This document shows positions 52,124 through 60,235 of a stretch of 64,000 nucleotides of DNA, in pieces; the first letter of the stretch is position 1, and every line of letters starts with the position of its first letter. Source of the stretch: Alphaproteobacteria bacterium (GTDB lineage: Bacteria; Pseudomonadota; Alphaproteobacteria; UBA8366). Below the pieces are notes generated by a model that ran no database searches, was not told where the DNA came from, and saw only the letters and a list, made by a program, of their open reading frames with translations. The translations under genes were made by a program, and so were the position numbers. The DNA is taken from assembly GCA_041557595.1 (NCBI GenBank), contig JBFFGE010000001.1:934-64933 (forward strand), read 5' to 3'.

Positions 52124-52151
52124 AGTGTAAGGGGCCGCCGTAAACTGTCAA
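52124..52151 (-). promoter_or_regulatory. candidate sigma70-type promoter for the ncRNA/RT transcript
   Basis: Minus strand TTGACA (52151..52146), 16-nt spacer, TACACT (52129..52124). The predicted start falls at the first bases of the candidate a1 repeat. Confidence 0.4.
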
Positions 52152-52319
52152 TTGACGGAATATCGCGTTCGTGCCTGCACTCCGGACCGTGGCCGGTTGC
52201 CGTCCGAATTCAACGCTCGGGCGCCGAACGCACCCATCGAAACGCCAACCTAGATTCCACAACCAATTGAAATAAGACCCAGTTCCCTTGCCGGCGTAAA
52301 TCGTCGCGAATTAATCGCA

Positions 52320-52348
52320 TTGACTCGTTTCGGGCGCCGGTTTACATA
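52320..52348 (+). promoter_or_regulatory. candidate sigma70-type promoter of the metZ leader
   Basis: TTGACT (52320..52325), 17-nt spacer, TACATA (52343..52348). The predicted start lies just before the riboswitch-like element. Confidence 0.4.
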
Positions 52349-52349
52349 G

Positions 52350-52420
52350 ATTGGCACGTGGTGATTTGGCCCGACCGGCTTGCGGCCACGGTAAATAATT
52401 CAGCTAAAAGGTCGGAGCGT
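52350..52420 (+). ncRNA. SAM-II/SAM-V-like riboswitch candidate in the metZ leader
   Basis: GUGAUUUGGC ... CCGaCCG-GCUUG-CGGccaCGG hairpin ... CAGCUAAAAGG. UUUGGC (52365..52370) can pair with GCUAAA (52403..52408) as an H-type pseudoknot. Its position upstream of a methionine-biosynthesis gene fits an alphaproteobacterial-type context. Confidence 0.5.
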
Positions 52421-52430
52421 CCCAGTGGAG

Positions 52431-52460
52431 CCCTGACCTGTTTTGGTCGGGGATTTTTTA
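52431..52460 (+). terminator. leader attenuator/terminator hairpin
   Basis: CCCTGACC-tgtttt-GGTCGGGG (8 bp including one G-U) followed by ATTTTTTA. The upstream GGTCGG (52410..52415) can alternatively pair with the left arm. Confidence 0.55.
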
Positions 52461-52488
52461 TGCCGGCGTGGCCGGCAAGGAGGACGCG

Positions 52489-53685
52489 ATGAAGAACACC
52501 CATCAGTCCCGCAAGGATAACTGGCGGCCCCAGACGAAATTGGTACGGGGCGGGCTCGACCGGACGCAGCATCGGGAGACGGCGGAGGCGCTGTTTCTCA
52601 CCTCGGGCTTCGTCTACGACCAGGCGGAGGACGCCGAGGCCGCCTTCAAGGGCGAAACCGACCGATTCATCTACACGCGCTACGGCAACCCGACCGTCGC
52701 CTCTTTCGAGGAACGGCTGCGGTTGCTCGAAGGCGCCGAATTCTGTTCGGCGACGGCGAGCGGCATGTCAGCGGTCTTCACCGCGTTGATCGGTTTGCTC
52801 AAGGCCGGCGACCGCGTCGTCGCATCGCGCGCTTTATTCGGCTCCTGCCATTACATCATCAGCGAATTGCTGCCGCGGTTCGGAGTCGAGACCGAATTCG
52901 TCGACGGCACGGATCCGGCGCAATGGGAAAAGGCGCTGTCGAAGCCGGCCCAATGCGTCTTCCTCGAATCCCCCTCGAACCCGACGCTCGAGATCATCGA
53001 CATCGAGCGGATCGCCGAGCTGACCCATGCGGCGGGAGGCAAGCTCGTGGTCGACAACGTGCTGGCCACGCCGATTCTGCAGAAGCCGCTGGAACTGGGC
53101 GCCGACATCGTCGTCTATTCCGCGACCAAGCATATCGACGGGCAGGGCCGCGCGCTGGCCGGCGCGATCCTCGGCCCGCAGAGCTATTACGACGATTGCA
53201 TCCAGCCGCTCATGCGCCATACCGGGCCGGCCTGCAGCCCGTTCAACGCCTGGCTCATGCTGAAGGGGCTTGAGACGCTCGAATTGCGCGTCGAGCGGCA
53301 TTGCCGCAACGCGCAAGACGTCGCCGAATTCCTGCAGACCCTGCCGGGCGTGACGCGCGTGATCTATCCCGGGCTGAAAAGCCATCCGCAACACGATCTC
53401 GCCGCGCGCCAGATGGCCAAACCCGGCACGGTCCTGGCGTTCGAGGTCGAGGGCGGCAAGGAGCGCGCCTTCCGCATCCAGAATGCGCTGGAGGTGATCG
53501 ATATCTCGAACAATCTCGGCGACACCAAGAGCATCGTCACCCACCCCTCAACCACGACGCATCAACGCCTGCCCGAGGAGGAGCGCCAACGGCTCGGCAT
53601 CGGCGAAGGTTTGCTGCGCCTGTCGGTCGGGCTGGAGGATGTCGAGGATATCAAGGAAGATTTGGCCCGCGCCCTCGCCCTTTGA
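52489..53685 (+). CDS. metZ: O-succinylhomoserine sulfhydrylase
   Basis: ORF trimmed to MKNTH (AAGGAGG ribosome-binding site). YTRYGNPT, SATKHIDGQG (PLP lysine). Confidence 0.9.
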   Translation: MKNTHQSRKDNWRPQTKLVRGGLDRTQHRETAEALFLTSGFVYDQAEDAEAAFKGETDRFIYTRYGNPTVASFEERLRLLEGAEFCSATASGMSAVFTALIGLLKAGDRVVASRALFGSCHYIISELLPRFGVETEFVDGTDPAQWEKALSKPAQCVFLESPSNPTLEIIDIERIAELTHAAGGKLVVDNVLATPILQKPLELGADIVVYSATKHIDGQGRALAGAILGPQSYYDDCIQPLMRHTGPACSPFNAWLMLKGLETLELRVERHCRNAQDVAEFLQTLPGVTRVIYPGLKSHPQHDLAARQMAKPGTVLAFEVEGGKERAFRIQNALEVIDISNNLGDTKSIVTHPSTTTHQRLPEEERQRLGIGEGLLRLSVGLEDVEDIKEDLARALAL

Positions 53686-53809
53686 CGGCGACACTTTTTG
53701 GCCGGGAACCATGCCCACCGGTGGCGCCGCACTGGACGCGCGCGCCCGTTCGGCGTTGAATACCCGTATACGGCGTCCGGCCCGGCCGCCGGCAGCTTCG
53801 GGGGATTTC

Positions 53810-55204
53810 ATGGAAAAGAATTTTTCGTTCTCGAATAAGCATGTCGATCTGATGCAGCGCGACGCCGAATCCATCATGGGGTGGCGTTATCAGCCGAGCA
53901 TCATTTTCGAGCGCGGCAAGGGCACCGTCATCACCGATGTGGACGGCAATGATTACTATGATCTGACGTCGGGCATGATGTGCATGGTGCTCGGCCATTC
54001 GCATCCCGAACTGACCGAGACGATCAAGGAGCAGGCGGAAACGCTGGCCCATGAATCCTCCTGGTACTCCAATCGCTGGTCCATCGAATTCGCCGAGCTG
54101 ATCGCCAGCACGTTGCCGGGCAACCTGAAGATGGTCAACTTCGCGGTGACCGGCTCGGAAGCCAACGAGATCGCCATGCGCATGGCCATTGGCGTTACCG
54201 GCAAGCACGACATCGTTTCGGTCCTGCGCGGCCTGCACGGCGGCTCGCTCGCCGCCGAATCAGTCACCAGCGTCGGCGGCGAACGCAAGGGCGGGCTCGG
54301 CCCGCTGATGCTGCCGGCCCGGGCGAACGCCATCCTCGCGCCGTTCTGTTTCCGCTGTCCGGTCAATCTGGAATATCCGTCCTGCGACCTCGATTGCCTC
54401 AAGCTCAGCGAGGACATGATGGAGCACATGACCAGCAAGTCGGTGGCCGCCATCATGGCCGAATCGATCATCGTTCCGGGCGGCATGATCGTGCCGCCGA
54501 AGGAATGGCTGCCGCGGCTGCGCAAGATCGCCGACGACTGGGGCTCCCTGCTGGTGCTCGACGAAGCGCAACTCGCGCCGGGCCGCACGGGCAAGCTGTG
54601 GGCCTTCGAGCATTACGACGTGCTGCCCGACATCGTCACCTTCGCCAAGGGAATGTCCGCCGGCATGGCGATCTGCGGCACCGTGACGACGCCCGAAATC
54701 GCCGAGCAATGCGACGGCAAAGTCGGGCTGCCATGGGCCGGCACCTATTCCGGCGACCCGCTGCCCGCGGCGGTCGCCCTGAAGCAGCTCCAGATCGTGC
54801 TGCGCGACAAGCTCACCGAGGGCGCGGCGGAAAAAGGCAAACTTCTGCGCCGGCGGCTCGAGGAGCTGAAGACGAAATACGACTGCGTCGGCGACGTGCG
54901 CGGCGAAGGGCTCTATCAGATGCTCGACATCGTCACCGACAAGAAGAGCAGGATCCCCGACTACGCCATGGCCGAACGGATCCGCTACAACTGCGCGCTC
55001 GAAGGGCTGCTCACCATCAGCGTCAAGAACTACATGCGCATCGCGCCGCCGCTGATCGTGACCGAGGCGGAAATCGACGAAATCGTCGGCCGCTACGACG
55101 CCGCCATCAAACGGGCCGAAGCGGGCTTTCCGAAGGATGTCGACTTCACGAGTTCGAGCTCGCTGGCCGCGAAGAAGTCGGCTGTCCGGCCGGCGGCTGA
55201 GTGA
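53810..55204 (+). CDS. class III (omega-type) aminotransferase
   Basis: ORF trimmed to MEKNFSF. VTGSEANE, LVLDEAQ, TFAKGMSAG (PLP lysine). Confidence 0.9.
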   Translation: MEKNFSFSNKHVDLMQRDAESIMGWRYQPSIIFERGKGTVITDVDGNDYYDLTSGMMCMVLGHSHPELTETIKEQAETLAHESSWYSNRWSIEFAELIASTLPGNLKMVNFAVTGSEANEIAMRMAIGVTGKHDIVSVLRGLHGGSLAAESVTSVGGERKGGLGPLMLPARANAILAPFCFRCPVNLEYPSCDLDCLKLSEDMMEHMTSKSVAAIMAESIIVPGGMIVPPKEWLPRLRKIADDWGSLLVLDEAQLAPGRTGKLWAFEHYDVLPDIVTFAKGMSAGMAICGTVTTPEIAEQCDGKVGLPWAGTYSGDPLPAAVALKQLQIVLRDKLTEGAAEKGKLLRRRLEELKTKYDCVGDVRGEGLYQMLDIVTDKKSRIPDYAMAERIRYNCALEGLLTISVKNYMRIAPPLIVTEAEIDEIVGRYDAAIKRAEAGFPKDVDFTSSSSLAAKKSAVRPAAE

Positions 55205-55279
55205 CCGCTATACGCTCTGTCGGCGCTAACTCCCGGTGCATCCTTCTTCGCAGCGGTCGCCCCGCGACTACTAAATTCC

Positions 55280-55363
55280 GTCATTCCGGACGGCGCAACG
55301 CGCCGATCCGGAATCCATATGGCACCGATTCGCATGGATTCCCGCTTTCGCGGGAATGACGCC
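55280..55363 (+). repeat. intergenic repeat family 3, copy 2
   Basis: GTCATTCCGGACGGCGCAACGCGCCGATCCGGAATCC...GGATTCCCGCTTTCGCGGGAATGACGCC. Confidence 0.8.
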
Positions 55364-55405
55364 ATTGATTGATATCGCTGATTGAGAGAGCCTCGCGGCT
55401 CTTTT

Positions 55406-57586
55406 CTACCCCGTCACACTCACCCGCAGGGCCTCGAAGCGGCTGACCGCCGACAGCGCAAGCGCCGCGTTGCTCAACTCATCGTAAACAGGCATCCCGG
55501 CTTCCATAGCGCGGGCGCGGTATTTCTGCTTGCTCTTTTCCAGCGCCGGCTCGCCGCTCGACCGCAGCACCAGCAGAAAATGCGCCTGTCCGGGATAGTC
55601 CCGCTGTATCTGCACCGCCGCCTGGATCAGGTTGTCCAGCGGATCGATCGGCCCGCGGCCGACGAAAGCGGCGAGGTTCAGATGCATCACGACCGCATCC
55701 GGTTTGTCCCTGGCATAGATCGCATCGAGGATCTTGCCGGCGATGCGGCCTTCTTCCCGCTGCATGGTGCCGACCGGCGCGTCCACCGGATTGGCGATGC
55801 TGGTGCCCGGCGGCAGTTCGAGCACCTCCAGCGCCTGACGGGTATCGTCGCCAAATGGATCGATGTCGAGCCCGTGCCGGAAGAAGAAATCGGTCGCCAG
55901 CACGCTGGTGCCGCCGCCATTGCCGAACAGCGCCACTTGCCGGGTCGCCGCGCCGCGCTTCGGCTGCAGGGTCTGGAAGGCGAGCAGCACGTCGAGAAAT
56001 TCGTCCAGCGTATCGCACAGGATGCAGCCGGTCTGTTTCGACAGCGCGACCCACACCCGGTCGTCGCCCGCCAGCGCGCCCGTATGCGACGCCGCGGCGA
56101 CCAGGCCTTTTTGCGTGCGTCCGCCCTTCAGGATCACCACCGGCTTTTCCATGCGGTTCCGCTTGAGCACCTCGAACAGCCGTCGTCCGTCCTTCACGCC
56201 TTCGATATACATGCCGACAACCTTGGTCTGATCGTCGGCCAGATAGAATTCCAGCAGGTCGTTCGGGCCGAGATCGGCGCTGTTGCCGACCGTGACCAAC
56301 CCGCTGAACTGAATGCCCCGGCGCGCGCCCCGCATGATGATATCGGTGCCGAGCCCGCCGCTCTGCGTGATCACGCCGACCGTGCCCAAGGTTTCCGGTG
56401 GATCCTTCGGAAAGGTGACGCGGCCGCGCGGCGAATACATGCCGAGACAGTTCGGCCCCAGCACGCGGCAGCCGCCCGCGCGGGCGGCATCGACCAGCGA
56501 TTGCTCGAGCTCGACGCCGTGCGAGACTTCGGCAAAACCGCTCGAGATGACTTGCGCGAACCGCACCCGGCCTGCCGCGCCGGCCAGAATTTCCGGCACC
56601 CGCTCGGCGCCGATGGCGATGTAGCAGTAATCCGCCGGCTCCGGCATTTCGGCGAGCGATGGATAGGCGGTCAGGCCTTCGATCTCCGGCGCCTTCGGAT
56701 GGATGGGATAGATCGTGCCCGCATATCCGAAGTCGCGCATGCGCTGAATAAACGTGTTGGCGATCGTCACGCCGGTGCTCGACGCGCCGATCACCGCCAC
56801 CGTCTTGGGCGCGAACAGATGCTTGAATGACTCGATCAAACCCTCGCCGTCCTGCGCGGCCGCCGGGCCCGGCGCGGCCGCGGCGCTTTCGGTCAGGATG
56901 AATCGGGCGTCGACGGCAACCGCCGCGGTTTCCGATACGATCAGCGGATTGATTTCGAGTTCGGCCAGATCGTCACCCAGGGACAGGAGAACCCCATCGG
57001 CGCCACCGACCTTGAGCAGCACGTCGACGATGGCGTCCCGCGACACCGCCGCCTGGCCGCGCACGCCGTCCAGCAACGGCGCGCCGCGCAGCTCATCCAG
57101 CATCGCGCACGCATCCGCTTCGGTGATCGGGCACAGGCGGAAGGCGACATCGGCCAGCACCTCGACAAAAATACCGCCGAGCCCGACCATGATCATCGGC
57201 CCGAATTGCGGGTCGCGGACGCCGCCGATAACGATTTCCTGCCCCTTCGGCGCCATCTCCTCGATCAGGAATCCGTCGAGCTTGCGCCCCTTGATCCCGG
57301 GGGCCTTCAGCATTTGCGCGATGGCGTCGCGCACCGCATCGGCCGAATTCAGATTGATCGCGACACCGCCGGCATCGCTCTTGTGCAGGATCTCCGGCGA
57401 CATCACCTTGACGACCACCGGCATGGAAAGACCGTCCAGCGCGGCCGCCGCATCGTCCGGTCCCGCGGCAGCCGCCGTCCTGGGCACCGCCACGCCGCAG
57501 CGCGCCAGAATGCCTTTGCCCGCGCGTTCGTCCAGCGCCGTCCGGCCGTCCTGCCGGGCGCGCGCGATTTCCGCCCCAATGTCCAT
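55406..57586 (-). CDS. ADP-forming (NDP-forming) acyl-CoA synthetase, fused beta-alpha domain order
   Basis: 726 aa. N-terminal ATP-grasp (VVVKVMSPEILHKSDAGGV), then the CoA-binding/ligase region (TVAVIGASS, LGPNCLG, GHTGALAG-type ASHTGALAG). Confidence 0.85.
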   Translation of the reverse strand: MDIGAEIARARQDGRTALDERAGKGILARCGVAVPRTAAAAGPDDAAAALDGLSMPVVVKVMSPEILHKSDAGGVAINLNSADAVRDAIAQMLKAPGIKGRKLDGFLIEEMAPKGQEIVIGGVRDPQFGPMIMVGLGGIFVEVLADVAFRLCPITEADACAMLDELRGAPLLDGVRGQAAVSRDAIVDVLLKVGGADGVLLSLGDDLAELEINPLIVSETAAVAVDARFILTESAAAAPGPAAAQDGEGLIESFKHLFAPKTVAVIGASSTGVTIANTFIQRMRDFGYAGTIYPIHPKAPEIEGLTAYPSLAEMPEPADYCYIAIGAERVPEILAGAAGRVRFAQVISSGFAEVSHGVELEQSLVDAARAGGCRVLGPNCLGMYSPRGRVTFPKDPPETLGTVGVITQSGGLGTDIIMRGARRGIQFSGLVTVGNSADLGPNDLLEFYLADDQTKVVGMYIEGVKDGRRLFEVLKRNRMEKPVVILKGGRTQKGLVAAASHTGALAGDDRVWVALSKQTGCILCDTLDEFLDVLLAFQTLQPKRGAATRQVALFGNGGGTSVLATDFFFRHGLDIDPFGDDTRQALEVLELPPGTSIANPVDAPVGTMQREEGRIAGKILDAIYARDKPDAVVMHLNLAAFVGRGPIDPLDNLIQAAVQIQRDYPGQAHFLLVLRSSGEPALEKSKQKYRARAMEAGMPVYDELSNAALALSAVSRFEALRVSVTG

Positions 57587-57606
57587 TCGCGGCTCCTTCC
57601 ACCCGG

Positions 57607-59157
57607 TCAGTAGCTGGTCGGCCAGGCCCGCATCAGATGCTGGCCGACGCCGTTCGTCTTGCGCAGCCGGTAGACCTCAAGCATGCGGATCAGATAGTCG
57701 CGCGTCTCATCCGGGCGGATGACGTCCTGCACCGCATAGATCGACGCCATGTCCCAGACCTGCGAATCCTGCTGGATCTGGGCCAGCGCCTCGTCGAAGC
57801 CGTCCTCGCCGGGGCCTACGCCATGGACGATCTTGGTCGCGAAACGCGGATCCATGAAACTCACCTCCGCGGTCGGCCAGGCCGCCACGTCGTCGGAATG
57901 CCGCCCGCCGCCCATCGCCACATAGGCGCGGCCATAGCTCTTGCGCAGGATCACCGACAGTTTCGGCACGGTCACGAGGCAGGTCGCGTTCATGAAGTTC
58001 ATGATCTTGCCGGGCGCGCGACGGCGTTCGGCCTCGGCGCCGATAACGAAACCGGGGGTATCGACCAGGGTGATGATCGGAATGTTGAAGGAGTCGCACA
58101 GCACGGTGAAGCTCACCGCCTTCTCGCAGGCATCCACGTCCATCGCGCCGCCCTTGTGCAGCGGATTATTGGCGATGATGCCGACGCTTTGCCCGTTCAG
58201 GCGACACAGCGCGGTGACCACGGGCCGCCCGAACCGGGCCTTCATCTCGAACATGCTGTCCTTGTCGACAATCGCCCTGATGATCTTGCGGACGTCATAG
58301 ACCTGGTTGCGTTTCTCGGGCAGGTATCCGCCGATATTCTTCATGTCGGCGCCCGACCCCTTGGGCACCGGATGCGCCGGCGGCGCTTCCATGTTGTGGC
58401 TCGGCAAATAACTCAGGAAGGTGCGGATCGCGGCCAGCGCTTCCTCGTCCGTATCGACGAACAGATCGACCATCCCGGTGGTTTCGGCGTGCAGCTTCCA
58501 GCCGCCGAGTTCCTCGAGGTCGATCTCCTCGCCGATCGCCATGGCGATCAGCCGCGGGCTCGACACCGCCATGGCGGAGCCCTTGCGCATCACCGTGAAG
58601 TCGGAACAACAGGACAGCCAGGCGGAGGAGCCGAAGGAAAATCCCAGCGCCGCCGAACACCAGGGCGTGTCGCGCATGCGCTGAAACTGGGTCACGTCGG
58701 TCCCCAGCAGGGCACCCATCCCCTTCGATCCCATGGCGTCCGGCAACCGCGCGCCCGTCGATTCGCCGATGAACACCACCGGCATGCCGCGTTCGGAGCC
58801 GGTGCGGCGCACATGCCCCACCTTCTTGCTGTTGGTGGCGCTGGTCGACGAGCCCTTGACCGTAAAATCGTTGACCGACACCGCAACGTCGCGACCGTCG
58901 ATCTTGCCGAATCCCGTCACCTTGCCATCGGTCGGCGTCTTGTCGCGGTCCTGCAGGTACACCCCCGACGTACCCAGCAGACCGGTCTCGATGAACGAGC
59001 CCTTGTCGACCAGGCAGTCGACCCGCTCGCGCGCATTGAGGACGCCCTGTTCCTTGCGCTTCTTGAGCTTCTCGGGCCCGCCCATGCCGCGCGCATTGGC
59101 GCGGCGTTCCTCGAGGTTTTCCAGCAGGCTGTCGAGATTTGTCAGATCGTCGGTCAT
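57607..59157 (-). CDS. acyl-CoA carboxylase carboxyltransferase (beta) subunit family protein
   Basis: 516 aa with DFTVKGSS, PVVFIGESTGARL, TLVDTPGF. Confidence 0.9.
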   Translation of the reverse strand: MTDDLTNLDSLLENLEERRANARGMGGPEKLKKRKEQGVLNARERVDCLVDKGSFIETGLLGTSGVYLQDRDKTPTDGKVTGFGKIDGRDVAVSVNDFTVKGSSTSATNSKKVGHVRRTGSERGMPVVFIGESTGARLPDAMGSKGMGALLGTDVTQFQRMRDTPWCSAALGFSFGSSAWLSCCSDFTVMRKGSAMAVSSPRLIAMAIGEEIDLEELGGWKLHAETTGMVDLFVDTDEEALAAIRTFLSYLPSHNMEAPPAHPVPKGSGADMKNIGGYLPEKRNQVYDVRKIIRAIVDKDSMFEMKARFGRPVVTALCRLNGQSVGIIANNPLHKGGAMDVDACEKAVSFTVLCDSFNIPIITLVDTPGFVIGAEAERRRAPGKIMNFMNATCLVTVPKLSVILRKSYGRAYVAMGGGRHSDDVAAWPTAEVSFMDPRFATKIVHGVGPGEDGFDEALAQIQQDSQVWDMASIYAVQDVIRPDETRDYLIRMLEVYRLRKTNGVGQHLMRAWPTSY

Positions 59158-59264
59158 ACAGGTGCTCTCCCGCGCAGATTGCGGCGCCGTGTCGTTAGGG
59201 TGGGGTGGAATCGACGGGGATCATACAGAGCGCCCTGCGCCAAGGCGATACCCCGCACGGATGG

Positions 59265-60053
59265 TTACCGGCCTTGAAAATTTGGCTTCCGCTTCTCCAT
59301 GAACGCGGTGCGGCCCTCGACATGATCCTCGCTCGCATTGCACATGTCGACGAGTTGCTCGCACAGTTTGAGATCGCGGTCCGCCGGATCCTTGAGCGCT
59401 TCGTTGACGCTGACCTTCGCCGCCCGCATGGTCATCGGCGCATTGCCGGCAATCATGAGCGCGTAGTCCCGCACATAGTCGTCCAGATCGGCGGCGGGCA
59501 CCACCCGGTCGACCAATCCCATATCGCGGGCTTCCTCGGCGGAAAACTGGCGCGCGGTATAGAATATTTCCTTCGCGAAGGACGGGCCGACCACGGAGAC
59601 CAGCCGCCGAATGCCGTCATAGTCGTAGCCCAACCCGAGCCTGGCGGCCGGAACCGCAAAGCGCGAATTGTCCGAGCAGATGCGGATGTCGCAGGTCAGC
59701 GCGGTGCCGACGCCGCCGCCGATGCAATAGCCGCGAATCTTGGCGATGGTCGGTTTCGGCGCGTTGAGCAGGTTGTCGCGCGCCTCCGACGTGCGGCGGT
59801 GATAGGTCTCCTCCGCCTCCGCATTGGCGCGCTCGTCCTCGAACTTGGAAATGTCGGCGCCAGACACGAAGGCCTTGCCGCCCGCCCCGGTGACAATGAC
59901 CGCCCGGATCGAGTCGTCCTTGGCGAAATCGATCATGATTTCCGCGGCGCGACCCCACATCTCGCTGGAGACCGCATTGTGCCGCGCCGGGTTGTTGAAA
60001 ATCATCGTGCCGATCGGCCCGTCCCGTTCGGCCAGCATCGTGTCGGTGCTCAT
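59265..60053 (-). CDS. enoyl-CoA hydratase/isomerase family protein
   Basis: FNNPARHNA, FVSGADI, AKIRGYCIGGG. Confidence 0.85.
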   Translation of the reverse strand: MSTDTMLAERDGPIGTMIFNNPARHNAVSSEMWGRAAEIMIDFAKDDSIRAVIVTGAGGKAFVSGADISKFEDERANAEAEETYHRRTSEARDNLLNAPKPTIAKIRGYCIGGGVGTALTCDIRICSDNSRFAVPAARLGLGYDYDGIRRLVSVVGPSFAKEIFYTARQFSAEEARDMGLVDRVVPAADLDDYVRDYALMIAGNAPMTMRAAKVSVNEALKDPADRDLKLCEQLVDMCNASEDHVEGRTAFMEKRKPNFQGR

Positions 60054-60235
60054 CCGGCTCTCCCGCCCGTCATCGGGCCCCTGATCATGGTTTGGGCATC
60101 ACTCATATCGGCCAAGCGCCGCCGCGTCCAGCCCGGGCGAACACGGGGCTGGCGCGCACCCCTTACGGTCATGCATGATGTCGGGGAGCGGATCACAACC
60201 ATGACGTTCGTCTCCAGCGGCGGGAGTATCTCCGA

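Noticed and set aside
52038-52262. 74-aa minus-strand ORF upstream of the RT, considered as a possible small retron effector
   Set aside because: There is no ribosome-binding site. It overlaps the candidate promoter and the structured ncRNA. Its composition (Gly/Arg/Ser/Val) looks random, with no TM segment or known motif.
51932-52306. Alternative a1/a2 pair: perfect 8-bp complement CGACGAUU (52306..52299) with AAUCGUCG (51939..51932), spanning 375 nt
   Set aside because: An 8-mer match in a search space of this size is about what chance predicts. It cannot be extended in either direction, and the upstream arm lies beyond the better-placed promoter candidate. I kept it only as a fallback hypothesis.
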